From the human T2T-CHM13v2.0 reference genome, Homo sapiens, in the NCBI RefSeq assembly GCF_009914755.1, contig NC_060930.1: a stretch of 64,000 nt of DNA; one strand, 5' to 3'. Made by a program: the position numbers and the translations under genes. The notes below the pieces were generated by a model. It was not told the origin of the DNA. It made no database searches and saw only the letters and a list, made by a program, of their open reading frames with translations. Positions 27,548-40,966 of this stretch are shown one piece after another; the first letter of the stretch is position 1; every line of letters begins with the position of its first letter.

Positions 27548-29128
27548 TGAGAGGTGACAGCGTGCTGGCAGTCCTCACAGCCCTAGCTCGCTCTCGGCGC
27601 CTCCTCTGCCTGGGCTCCCACTTTGGCGGCACTTGAGGAGCCCTTCAGCCCACCGCTGCGCTGTGGGAGCCCCTTTCTGGGCCGGCCAATACCGGAGCCG
27701 GCTCCCTCAGCTTGCAGGGAGGCGTGGAGGGAGAGGCGCGAGCGGGAACCGGGGCTGCGCGCGGCTCTTGCGGGCCAGCTGGAGTTCCGGGTGGGCGTGG
27801 GCTTGGCGGGCCCCGCACTCGGAGCAGCCGGGCCCTGGGCAGTGAGGGGATTAGCACCCGGGCCAGCGGCTGCGGAGGGTGTACTGGGCCCCCAGCAGTG
27901 CCAGCCCACCGGCGCTGCGCTCGATTTCTCGCCGGGGCCTTAGCCGCCTTCCCGTGGAGCAGGGCTCGGGACCTGCAGCCCGCCGTGCCTGAGCCTCCCA
28001 CCCCCTCGGTGGGCTCCTGTGCGGCCCGAGCCTCCCCGATGAGCGCCGCCCCCTGCTCCATGGCGCTCAGTCCCATCGACCACCCAAGGGCTGAGGAGTG
28101 CCGGCGCACGGCGCGGGACTGGCAGGCAGCTCCACCTGCAGCCCCCGTGCGGGATCCACTGGGTGAAGCCAGCTGGGCTCCTGAGTCTGGTGGGGACGTG
28201 GAGAACCTTTATGTCTAGCTCAGGGATTGTAAATACGCCAATCTGCACCCTGTGTCTAGCTCAGGGTTTGTGAATGCACCAGTGGACACTCTATATCTAG
28301 CTACTCTGGTGGGGCCTTGGCGAACTTTTATGTCTAGCTCAGGGATTGTAAATATACCAATCAGCACCCTGTATCTAGCTCAAGGTTTGTAAACACACCA
28401 ATCAACACCCTGTGTCTAGCTCAGGGTTTGTGAATGCACCAGTCGACACTCTGTATCTAGCTACTCCAGTGGGGCCTTGGAGAACCTTTGTGTGGACACT
28501 CTATAGCTAATCTGGTGGGGATGTGGAGAACCTTTGTGTCTAGCTCAGGGATTGTAAACGCACCAATCAGCGCCCTGTCAAAACAGACCACTGGGCTCTA
28601 CCAATCAGCAGGATGTGGGTGGGGCCAGATAAGAGAATAAAAGCAGGCTGCCGAGCCGGCAGAGGCAACCCAGTTGGATCTCCTTCCATACTGTGGAAGC
28701 CTGGAACTTTCACTTTGTAATAAATTTCGTTACTGTTGCTCTTTGGGTCCACATCTGCCTTTATGAGCTGTAACACTCACTGAGGAGGTCTGCAGCTTCA
28801 TTTCTGTAAGGCAGCCAGACCAGGAGCCCGCCGGGAAGAACGAACAACGCCAGTCGCGCCACCTTAAGAGCTGTAACACACGTGGAAGGTCTGTAGCTTC
28901 ACTTCTGAGCCGGCGAAACCACAAACCCACCAGAAGGAAGAAACTCCGAACACATCTGAATATCAGAAGGCACAAACCCACCAGAAGGAAGAAACTCTGA
29001 ACACATCTGAATATCAGAAGGCACAAACTCTGGACACCACCTTTAAAAACTGTTAATGCTCACTGCGAGGGTCCGTGGTGTCATTTCTTGACGTCAGTGA
29101 GACCAAGAACCCACCAATTCCGGACACA
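27548..29128 (+). mobile_element. LTR12C (ERV9) solo LTR
   Basis: TGAGAGGTGACAGCGTGCTGGCAG start, CpG-rich U3, tandem TCTAGCT/CCAATC enhancer repeats, CCACCAATTCCGGACACA end. Confidence 0.95.
28601..28670 (+). promoter_or_regulatory. ERV9 LTR core promoter (CCAAT, GT box, GATA, AATAAAA TATA equivalent)
   Basis: CCAATCAGCAGGATGTGGGTGGGGCCAGATAAGAGAATAAAAGCAGG is intact. Confidence 0.7.
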
Positions 29129-29194
29129 TTTAATTTAAAAAGATTTTAATTCTAAGTTTATAACCCATTATCTTTACTCTCCAAAATAAATGCT

Positions 29195-29719
29195 CCAGTT
29201 TTTTATTGCTGTATAACATCTTCTGTGGCTTAAAACAGTAATAATTTTTATTTCTCATCTTTTCTCTAGGTGAGAAATTTTAGAAAGAACCAGCTAAGCA
29301 GTTGTGGCTTGGAATTTCTTAACACGTTAAGAGACAGAGCAACTGTAGCTGGAACAGAGGTGATTGGAGGAAGTATTGGGACAGTTGGAGACTGATCATC
29401 TTTTTCTTTCATGTAGTCTCAGAATCCAGCCATATGGACTCCACATGGTCTAGACTGAGCTTCCCAACAGCAAGGTAGCCTCAGGGCTGACAAACTGCTT
29501 ACGTGGCCAATCAAGACTTTAAGAACAGGCACACCAGCTAGCAAGGTAGAGGCTGCAGCACCTTTGGTCAGCTAGCCTTGTGAGGCTCATACATCACTTC
29601 TGCTCTCCTCTATTGGTAGCAATAGTGATCAAACGATGCCCAGTTTCAAGAAGAGGCGGCATACACCACACCTCTCTGCAATGGATGTCAAAGAATTTGC
29701 AGATGTTTTGAAACTGACA
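29195..29719 (-). mobile_element. MLT1 (G/H-like) MaLR LTR
   Basis: TATTGCTGTATAAC...GTGGCTTAAAACA start and GTCAAAGAATTTGCAG end. Confidence 0.7.
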
Positions 29720-29786
29720 TAATTGAAACAATTATGGTTATCTCACACACTTGCCTAAATAATGAATACCATATTTCCCATAAATG

Positions 29787-30088
29787 CAAATATTTAACAA
29801 ACATGTATTAAGCATTTCTTGAGTCACAGATGCTGTGGGTAAAAAAGATGAACACATAGTCAGCCCCCGAATGTTTTATTTCCTAATGAGAGAGAAAGAC
29901 ATAAATTGGTAGTACTACTGCATGAGAGACGCCTGCATTGTGATGGCACAGGGAGACGGGGAGCGGGGGTGCCGGAAAGAAAGTTCATGCATCCTGGAGG
30001 AATTAACCTTGAATTGAATCCCAAAAGATGGGTGGTGACTGGTTGTCTGTTCAGAGAGTGGGACCAGAAAAAAAGGCACGAAAAAGTG

Positions 30089-30129
<41 letters not shown>

Positions 30130-30700
30130 CCCAAGCGGGGTGTTTTTGTGGCATATGTTTGTGGCAAGGAATGTCAGAAAGTGAGGGTGGAGACAAGGCT
30201 AGATAATGAAGAGCTCATGGCTCAGGGAACCTAGCTAGAGCATCTCTTGAAACTCATGGGGAATTGTGGAAAGATTTAAAGCACAAGAGTGATATAATCC
30301 CATTTGTTCAGGCAGCTAGGGAGAAATGCAGAGTTAAGGACAGCAACAAAAAGATACTGTGTAGGGAACCAGCTGGAAAATTCTTGCAATAACTCTGGTG
30401 ATAAATATTGGAGTAAATAAAAGTAGCAATAAGGAGGATGGTACAAATATCTTAAATACCAAGTCAAGTCTAGATAACTTAATGATTAATTGGCTGTGGG
30501 ACCTGTACATACACAAAGGATTAAAACGGTGACTACTGTAAGATACTAGTAGGAGAAAGAGTATATGGTCACTAACTTTGAAGAAGCAGAAGGGGTTCTG
30601 GGAAAGATGAGTTAAGTTTTGCTCACATGGAGTTTGATGGTCCTTTGAGACTTCGGAGCCATATAGGATACCAAATATAAATAATAACAACTGGGGTTTG
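29787..30700 (-). mobile_element. Degenerate L2 fragments
   Basis: TTTAACAAACATGTATTAAGCATTT 3' end and GATGAGTTAAGTTTTG...GAGTTTGA. Confidence 0.5.
30091..30126. repeat. (GT)18 microsatellite
   Basis: Perfect GT run. Confidence 0.97.
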
Positions 30701-31245
30701 TACTTGGTGTAGACATCACTTTTCATAGCAGTGTGAAACTTTAGTGACATTTATCTAGTAATCCTGCAGGTCCTGGCCAGGCATCCACCTCCGAGATTCT
30801 TGCCAAGAATCCACCCACAGGTTCCCCACACAAGATTTCAATGCATGGCTTAATAAACTGCACGTCAGCAACACTAAAGAAAGACACAAACAAAAGGATA
30901 ATATCAACAGATACAGATCAAGATAAGGCACTCTAGTGGGTGGTATTACTATTTTTCCTCACGTTAGGAAAATAGTAGTAGCTTCCATAGTACAAAAATA
31001 TTTTGTACAGTCTATCAAGGGTGAAGTTTTTCCATTTTATATGCCAAAGTCTATGTGTGTGAACTAAACTCTGAATGGGTTCTCTTACTAAAACTTCAGT
31101 CGGGAGATAATTTTTCCATTGATGATATAAGCAAAGGTGTTTAACAAATAACATTTGATTTTGAAAACTATAACTTGATTATAATATTACATTTTTCCTC
31201 ATTCATTTATTTAATGACTTCAAAAGCATCACAGATTGTTGCTGC

Positions 31246-31544
31246 TTATGTGTATATAATTAGAATAACAGAAGGTGATATAATGAACAAGGAATAAATG
31301 AATTTGAAGTAATAATGGCTGAAAAATATCCAAAATTAAGACTGACACCAATGCACAGATCCAGGAAGGTCAGACAATACTAAGGTATATCATACTCAAC
31401 TTTCAGAAAACCTAGGAAAAAAGAAAATCATGAAGAAAGACATGGGGGGAAACCAACCATTACCTATAAAGAAACAAGGATAAGAATTACAGCTGATTTT
31501 TTTTAAATCAGAAGAAAAGGAAGGAGTGAAATCTTTAAATTGTT
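31246..31544 (+). repeat. Inverted duplicate of 32783-33097 (L1M ORF1-derived)
   Basis: Roughly 90% identical by eye to the reverse complement of 32783-33097. Confidence 0.9.
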
Positions 31545-31689
31545 TCAAAATATATCTGCAAATTCTTTGACATCCCTTGCAGTGGTGTGGTGTATGCCTA
31601 CTTCAGTGGACTTTCATTTTCAGTGGACTTTCAAATATTTAACCAACATTTATTAAGCATTTCTTCAGTGGACTTTCATTTTCCCCCAG

Positions 31690-33800
31690 TTGTCATGTTG
31701 CTATCATTATATGATTTACTTCTGCTTCTGCATATTTTAAACCTCATAACAAATTGCTAGCATTTTTCTTTGCTATAGACAATAATCTTAAGATGACTCA
31801 AAATTTTTAAAATGGCTTTTAGATTTACCCACAATTTTACGATTTCTGAAGATCTTCATTCCTTTGTGTAGATCTGCTTATTTGATATCATTTTCTTTCT
31901 ACCTAAATAACTTCTTTTAACCTTTCTTGTAGTACAGGTCTGCTCACAATAAATTTTTTCAGCTTTTCTTTGTCAAAAAATCATTTATTTAGCCTTCATT
32001 TTTGCAAGATATTTTCAAGAGTTATCAAATTCTAGGTGACAATTTTCTTTGAGTATTTTAAAGATCTCTCCTTGGTCTTCTTGCTTGCACAATTTCTGAC
32101 AAGCAGTCTCTTCTCATTTGGATCTTTCTTCCTCTGCATGTAGCGTGTCCTTATCTCTGGCTGACTTTGAGATTTTCTTTTTACCTGGGATTGTCAGCAG
32201 TTTGACTATGAGGTGTACCTACCTGAGTTTTTCGTATTCTCATTGCCTGTGTTTCCCTAAGCTTCTTGTTCTGTGATACATTCTCTTTCATTGCATTTGC
32301 TTAAATCTTTCTTTTTCTTTAATTTTTTTAGTTGTTCTCAAATTTACAGTATACATTTTAAATATTTAAATCCATCATCAAATAACATTATATTATTAAG
32401 GGTATAATACAGTTACCTTATAACAATATTACCAATTTCTCCCTCCCATCCCTTAAGGCATTGCTGTCATTAATACTATAATCACCTAATGCATTGTTAC
32501 TTCTGTTCCTTTAAATAGTAATTTTTCTGATAAGAATAAGAAAAAATTGAAAATTAATTTTTATTTAGTCTTTCTCTGACATTTTTCTTTTCTTTATGTC
32601 AGTCTAAGTTTATGACCTATAGTATTTTTCTTCTACCTTAAGTACTTCTCATATTTCTTACAGTACAGGTCTCCTGGAAATTAATTTGTTCAGTTTTGGC
32701 TTGACTGAGAATATATTTATTCTTAATTTTTGAAGGTTAATTTCCCTGGGTGTAGAATTCTAGACTGACAATTACTTTCTTTAACAATGTAAGGATTGCA
32801 CTCCTTCCTTTTCTTGCTTACATGGTTTCTGATTTAAAAAAAATATCAGCTGTAATTCTTATCCTTGTTTCTTTATAGGTAAAGGTGGGTTTTCCCCCTG
32901 TGTCTTTCTTCATGATTTTCTTTTTTCCTAGATTTTCTGCAAGTTGAGTATGAAACGCCTTAGTATTGTCTGACCTTCCTGGGTCTGTGGATTGGTGTCG
33001 GTGTTAATTTTGGATGGTTTTCAGCCATTATTACTTCAAATTTGTTTATTCTTTATTCATTATTTCTCCTTCTGTTATTCTATTTACATACACATAACGT
33101 TTTGACATTGTCCCACAGTTTTGAGGTGTTCTGGGTTTTTAAATTATTTTTTCTCTCTGTATTAATGTTTGGGCAGTTTTTGTAGTGCCTCCTTCAATTT
33201 CCCTAATTCTCTCCTCAGCTGCATCAAGTCTTCTGATAAGCTGCTGAAGGCATTCTTTATTTCTCTTACTGTGCCTTTTATTTCTAGGATTTCCTTTGGA
33301 TTTTTTATATTGCCCATATTGCTGCTGACATCAACCATTTGGTCTTGCATAGGGTCTACTGTTTGCATTAGATACCGTAACATGTTGATCACAGTTATTT
33401 TAAATTCCTTGATAATTCCAATACCTGTGTCATATTTGAGTTTAGTTCTGTTGATTGCTTTGTTTCTTCAGACCACTTTTTATCTCACCTTTTGGTATGC
33501 CTTGTAATGTTTTGTTGAAAGCCAGATATGGTGCATCAGTGACAGGTTCTGAAGTAAACAGGCCTTCGGTGTGAGGATGTTAACCTAACTAGGAGCTGGG
33601 CTGGGTTTACGGTTTTTATTGTCAGGTACCTGAGGCTTCAAATTCCTTTAGTGTCCCTGTTTTTCTTTCCTCCCTTGTCTCTGGGGCTTTGTATTGCACT
33701 GTTCCTCAGAGAGCTTGTGTCTTGCCACTGGAGTCTTGGTATGGTAGAAGAATGTAAGAAAGGAGATGAGTCCAATCATATTTAGATTAAGTTTTGGTCT
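31690..33800 (-). mobile_element. Old L1M ORF1-region fragments (at least two copies)
   Basis: GTACAGGTCT...CAGTTTT/CAGCTTT ORF1-end motifs occur twice; ORF 33162-33392 resembles the ORF1p coiled coil (EILEIKGTVREIKNAF). Confidence 0.75.
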
Positions 33801-33877
33801 TTTTTCCATATAAAATAGTGTTTACTATAATGTACATTTTACCATTGAGAAAATGGAGTGGGTGAATCCAATCACTT

Positions 33878-34228
33878 TGATATGATTTGGCTGTGTCCCC
33901 ATCCAAATCTCATTTTGAATTCCCACATGTTGTGGGAGGGACCTGGTGGGAGGTAACTGAATCATGGGGGAAGTCTTTCCCATGCTGTCCTTGCGATAGT
34001 GAATAAGTCTCACGAGATGTGAGGACTTTACAAAGAGGAGTTCCCCTGCACAAGCTCGCGCTGTTTGCTGCCATCCAGGTAAAGCATGACTTGCCCCTCC
34101 TTGCCTTCTGCCATGATTGTGAGGCCTCCCCAGCCATGTGGAACTGTAAGTCCATTAAACCTCTTTCTTTTATAAATTGCCCAGTCTCAGGTATGTCTTT
34201 ATCAGCAGCATGAAAACAGACTAATACA
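33878..34228 (+). mobile_element. THE1 (B/C-like) solo LTR
   Basis: TGATATGATTTGGCTGTGTCCCC start, GACTAATACA end, perfect TSD CACTT. Confidence 0.93.
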
Positions 34229-34639
34229 CACTTACATCAGGTCACATGAAATTAAGGTTGAAGCAGGTTTGGAATCCAAACATCAGACTCCAGGGTTTAA
34301 GCTCTTAGCATTGACAAGAGCTTGTCTCACAGTTTCTAAGGTAATTGCTGGTATTTAAGTAAATAAGTCTGGTTCTATATTATGCATCTGTCATTTTCAG
34401 GAATAAGAAGTTAGATAAAAATACTGTCCTAAAAGACATTGTCAACTCATTTATCTTTCTTCATGTTTAGGATTTAGGATCTCAATTTATACTTTTTAAA
34501 CTCAGTTCCTTAGTCATTCATACTAACCTCTGGTGAAGTTAATATTCTGTATTTTAGTAGCAATTTTAGATCAAAATTATCAACTGCTTTTGAAATAACA
34601 GGACATTTTATGTTACATTAATTATTTAATTATTTCTAC

Positions 34640-34882
34640 TTTTTGAGGTATAATTGACAAGAATTGTATAGATTCAAGGTCTACAATGTGATTTGATATA
34701 CATGTACACGGTATAATAATTACCCAGATCAAATTGGTTGCTATAGTTAATAATACTGTATTGTTTACTTGAAATTTGGTAAGAGTAGATTGTAAGTGTC
34801 TTCACCACACGCATATACACACAAAGGGTAACTATGTGTGGTGATAGATGGCTTGATTACTTTGTGGTAATCGTAACACAAA
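34640..34882 (-). mobile_element. L1MA-like 3'UTR fragment with 5' inversion
   Basis: 34640-34737 is the antisense extreme 3' end; 34738-34882 is the upstream 3'UTR in sense orientation. Confidence 0.7.
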
Positions 34883-35399
34883 ATTTTCATCTTTTAGTGG
34901 ATGTGTGTCTCTGGGATGAATGTCGCTTTCACATGTGTTTCTATCCTTCCTCCAGGGATGTAGCTTATTTTTTCCCCATTTGTGGCCTATTCCCTTATCT
35001 GGCTGCAACAGCCCCAATCCATTTCATTGAAGCCCTATTCCTTTTTTACTATATTTTTATTTCTTCCTGCGGGTGAGACAAGAAAGTTTGAGTGGGCTGG
35101 AGTGATGAGGAATTTTCTTCTCCCAGGTGGGATAAGGTTTCAGTATTGCCCTCTGGGGAACTCTTTTTTCTGGAGAGTAGGACTTTGTTGTGGAGTTAGC
35201 TCTGGGAGGGTTTCACAATGGCTATTTCTGTCAGAACCATGAGAAAGTCTTTCTTGAATCCTTGAAGTGAGAATTTAGTAGAGTTCCTGGAGTGAAAGAC
35301 CAAGAAAATATAAAGACCTCCTGTGACTGCAGCTCCAGGAGTTTCTTGCTTTCATGCTAGTCTGTACTCATGCTTTATCTGCTCATCAAATCTACTAGT

Positions 35400-35716
35400 T
35401 ATAATGGTTAATTTTATGCATCAACTTGGCTAGGTCATGGTACCCAGTTTATTTGGTCAAGTATCAGTCTAGATGTTACTGTAAAAGTATATTTCAGATG
35501 TGATTAACATTTAAATTGAAGACGTTGAGTAAAATGGATGATCCTTTATAACTTAGGTGGGCCTTATTCAATCAGTTGAAGGCCTTCGGAGTAAAGACTG
35601 AGATCCTCAGAAAGAAAAAATTCTGTTTCCAGACTGCCTTCCATTTCAAGACTCCAGCACACACACATACACACACACACACACACACAGCGATTTATCT
35701 GGAAAACCCTAATGCA
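35400..35716 (+). mobile_element. MLT2 (ERVL) LTR with (CA)n
   Basis: ATGGTTAATTTTATGCATCAACTTGGCTAGG and CAATCAGTTGAAGGCCTT. Confidence 0.8.
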
Positions 35717-36410
35717 ATGTTGTCTACCTTTTCTGCAGGATGCATTGACATATTAATAGAGTTATTTTTACGTCCTTATCTGATCATTCTTATGTGTGTG
35801 ATCTCTGAATCTGGCTTGGTTGACACTTACATCTCTTAGCAGTGGGTCATTCTTTTCTTATTTTTGGGGTACTTCATAATTTTTGATTGAATCTCAGACA
35901 TTATGGCAGAACAGCAAGGACTGGGATAATGAGTATTTATGCCCAGAAGTAGGCATGCCTCTTCCTCTGCAAGAGAGTTGTTCAGGCTTGAGTCAACATG
36001 GCCAGCAGTTGGCTGAGTTTGAGTTTTGCTCTTGTTCTGGTTACTTTCACTGTACCTTGGTCTCAAATAGTTTCTATGGAGCATGGCCACTACCTATGCT
36101 ACTTACAAGGGCTGGAACGCTGGAGAGTTTTTTCCAAAATTCCTCCCCGACGTTTAGCTTTCATTAGCCTCCGCACACCTGTGCCACAGAAGTGGTTCTC
36201 TTGTCCTGAAGCAAATGGTAGTCTGCTGTAAGTTGTTACTCAATGAAAACCCGGTGGTGTACCAAGGATGGTTCTCAGTTTTTCTATTTCAGCCTCAGTC
36301 CTGAGGCTCAAGGATGATGCGTTCCTGTCCATCTTTGTATCTCTGTTATCAATAGACTCCGACTTTCTACCCAGGGTTAATGGCTTTTGCCAATTGTCAC
36401 TGTAGGATTC

Positions 36411-36717
36411 TTTTTTTTTTTTTTTTTTTGAGATGGAATCTCGCTCTGTCACCCAGGCTGGAGTGCAGTGGCGCATCTCGGCTCACTCAGTGCAAGCTCC
36501 GCCTCCCGGGTTCACGCCATTCTCCTGCCTCAACCTCCCGAGTAGCTGGGACTACAGGCTCCCACCACCACGCCCGGCTAATTTTTTGTGTTTTTTTTTG
36601 GTAGAGACGGGGTTTCATCGTGTTAACCAGGATGGTGTCCATCTCCTGACCTAGTGATCTGCCTGCCTCGGCCTCACAAAGTGCTGGGATTACAGGCGTG
36701 AGCCACTGCGCCCGGCC
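36411..36717 (-). mobile_element. AluY
   Basis: GCAAGCTCCGCCTCCCGGGTTCACGCCATT; TSD ACTGTAGGATTCTT. Confidence 0.95.
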
Positions 36718-38054
36718 ACTGTAGGATTCTTAGAGTGGAAATGACATTCTTCTCTGCTCTCTATATGTTAGGAAGGAGTGGAACTTCCATAAACAAAAAC
36801 AAAACAAAGGACTTTCCTCTTTTTTCCAAAAGTGGAATTTTGAAACTTCTCTATTTTGAGAAAGAATGACATGGGATGTGAAGAAAACATAAATAGACAA
36901 TTAAACCCCCCCTCAAAATTGCCAACCTATTAACTCAACTAATTAGCTAAATATAACAGCTGACTTTGATAACACAGTGGTGAGTCTGGACCTGTAAAAC
37001 ATCATGACATGACTTCACTCTTGCCATTGTGTTTTATAATCATGTCATAAACCTTGCTCAAAATTCCCTTATTCTTCAAAGTACTGAGTTTCTATAGGAA
37101 CAGTAAATACATATACAGTGTTCTAATTCAACATATCTAGTGACACAAAAACTTGGCATGAGGCTAGACCCAACACAATGTTGTTTTATCAGGTGCGAGG
37201 TTCTGGGTTTTTGTTCTTGACAGCTTGTTTGTTTTACTTGGATTTCATAATTTTATAAAAGCCATCTTCCACACCAAGCTCTAATTATCCGTATCCTTTC
37301 TTCCTTCCATATACGTGGTTTTACAGTGCTACTAACAGTGTTGTAAAATAAAGAATTATTTAATAAAGGGACTAACTGAATGTCATCTTACAAGTTATAG
37401 ACATTATTATGCATTTTCAGATCTGCATGAGTCAAGTTTGATTATTAAGTCCAGGTAGAATTCTGATCTTTTTCTCCTGTATTTCTGTCAGTTCTGTTGC
37501 TGTTGCTTCTCCCTTTTGGTCACTGAGTTATATTTGACTTTATCAGAGAATACTTTGAGGCAAAGAAAACCACTGCTGTTACTTTCCAAACAGTTCTTGG
37601 TACACTGCATTTGGAATACTTTTTGAATTAATATTTTATTTTGATGAAAAATATTGTAATGAATTTCAAACATTAGTATTTTTATACTTATCTATGGATT
37701 CTTTTCAATGACTATATTCTCTCATGTTGTCTTATTAGACAATTGAGACCATTGATAGCTGATAGCAACCTTACAGTATAAGAAAGAATAGTTTTATTTA
37801 GGATACTCCAAAGCAATAGCATATCTTAATAGTTCTGCAGCATAATTTAATGAAAAAGACATTGAACTTAAAGTCAGGACACGTTGGTTCCTTCCTAGTT
37901 CTGCCATTTTCTATGTGCTTCACTTCAAAAGGAGATTCCTTTTTTTCTGGTTCTAGGTTTTCTTTCTCCTAAAATTTTATTAATACTCAGGACACCTACA
38001 ATAAGTAAATGGATTAATGTGTTTGGACCTAAGGAAATTAAAAATTAATGTCCT

Positions 38055-38426
<372 letters not shown>

Positions 38427-39680
38427 TTAAAGAAGAGCACATGATGGATTCAATGCAACTTCATGAAGAATTCAGAAACCCAGAACTTCAACCTATCTCA
38501 CTTTAGTGATTAGCTCTTACTCATTTCTAACACATGTTTTCTGTATTTAAAAGTTTCTTTTCAATATTTCGGTAAATAATATCAATTGTTTTTCCACTTG
38601 GAATTGGAAAAAGGAGGTCATTGTTATTTTGATTGTGCCATCCGAGCAATAAATAGCTTCATTCTACCGTGTTGACTTATGGATTTAGAAATAAAGGCAC
38701 TTTTCTAAGAAACTGAGACAAAAAAATTTTGATTTGCCAATCTTCTGGCTTAAAACGTTTTTAATCCAGGCAATAATTTCCATGTGAATAGACACTCTTC
38801 CGCTTACAACATTGTCTCATAAAAGCTTTTTATGTATGAACACATTACTCTGATGGGCCACAAAACAATTCCATTCTTTAAAAAAATATGCACAGAAAAT
38901 CGTATCATTAGGAGAAATAGGAAAACTAATTTTGGCAAAAATAATTTTTTTTATGAGAGTCTGCTCATAAGTCAAAATAGCTTTGAAGACATTTGAGGAC
39001 CCCCCCACACACATACACATACACCAATGTTTGTACTTATTCTGAACAAGAATACAGTGAAAAGAAATGTAGTAGTAACCATGTATATAAATCCAGAGTC
39101 AGACAACTCATGGTCTGTTAAAATATTCTTTCCAAAATTTGAGGGGAAATGTTTCTTTGGGGCCTTGGTGAATTTATGTTCACTTGGGATTAGCACATAT
39201 GCCTAATTTAAAGTCATTTTCTTTAAAAATTTACTGATATTCACAAGAAACAAAAAGAGCCACTAATTCTGGTCTTCAAGATTCTCTTTCTTCATCTAGA
39301 GGTCACTTAAAATTTGATAGATACAAAAGCTCTTTCAGGGAGGTATAGCCTGGCATGAATAAAGACCAATATGAATGTGATTAAAAGAGTATGAGGATTT
39401 TTGTGTTTGCATGCATCCTGTAATTCCCTGCAGACATGATATATAGGGTGATATAAGGAATATGTAGTCTAGTGTGAGCAACCATCACTACACTCTGCAA
39501 ATTCACTCACTGCAGGGAACCAATTGAGACTTCTGTGAGAGCAGGGCTTTCTAACCCAGGTATTTCTCCTTAAGGATTGCTTCCAAACAAAATGCATTCT
39601 GTTCAAGAATGTCTTTTAAAACGTGGTTTCAGAGGCAGAGAGGAGGAGATTATCTATGATGCTTCAACTTTATCATGTAA

Positions 39681-40060
<380 letters not shown>

Positions 40061-40966
40061 TTCTTCATTATGTTTAGTATTTTATAGACAGGAGGAAATA
40101 CTCTGCATAAAAAACTGTCTTTTCAAAATAATTCCTTTACCGTGCCACATAGAAGCTCCCAAATAGCCTTTAAGCTCTAAATATTTAGAACCAGGATGAA
40201 AAGAAAATTTAGAACCATTATGGATAATTTCTACCTAGCCTTAATTTTTATCATTAAAGCTTCAGAATGCTTAGTTTTATCATGTGCTTCTGGGGTATGT
40301 GGTGTCATAAGTTTACAATAGAGGTAAAATTGTGAAACCGACCAATCCTGTTCTCCTGTTAAATGTTGTAAAAGTTCTAAATAATATTACTAAAGATCAC
40401 TGAAGTGTAGCTTCTGCCCTCTCATCCCTCTACAAATATGAAAATTGTTTTTTGTCAGTGAATATTCCATTTATCTGAATATTTATTCAGCATATTGTTC
40501 ATAATCAACTAGTATTTAGTATATCATAATTATTAAAAATATAGTCTAGAAATAATCTAAGTTCAAATTTCAACATTTGCTAGCTAGTTACTTAGCTATA
40601 GAGCTACAATTTTCTATATTGTGCAATGATTAAAGAAGATTACATATAGGACAAAGCTTCTATATGTTATAGGAAAAGTGATTACACATGTGATTTATAC
40701 ACATACAATGCATGCACAAGTGTGTAACCTAACAACAATGTTAAGTAGGTGATTAGGATTGGGGAAATGCTACTTGTGTGCACTCCAAGGAATCAGCATT
40801 TGGGTAATGGTGAATAGACTGAACAATTGATGAAGAAGTGAAGTAAATCATTTTGTTGCACCTTTGAATATTTTTTCCAGTTTTGGATCTTTGAAGATAG
40901 ATTATCAAAATATTACCATAATTCTTTTTTTTGTTGTTTTTTTTTTTTGTTTTTTTTGCTCAGCTA

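Noticed and set aside
27583-28248. Several 100-168 aa GC-rich ORFs, also at 43951-44648
   Set aside because: They lie within LTR12 U3, where high GC suppresses stop codons on both strands; no domain is recognisable.
28200-28610. CRISPR-like repeat-spacer array, also at 44630-45020
   Set aside because: These are the standard ERV9 U3 tandem enhancer subunits in a primate genome.
34125-34137. PRDM9 hotspot motif in THE1
   Set aside because: The sequence is CCTCCCCAGCCAT, not the hotspot-associated CCTCCCTNNCCAC.
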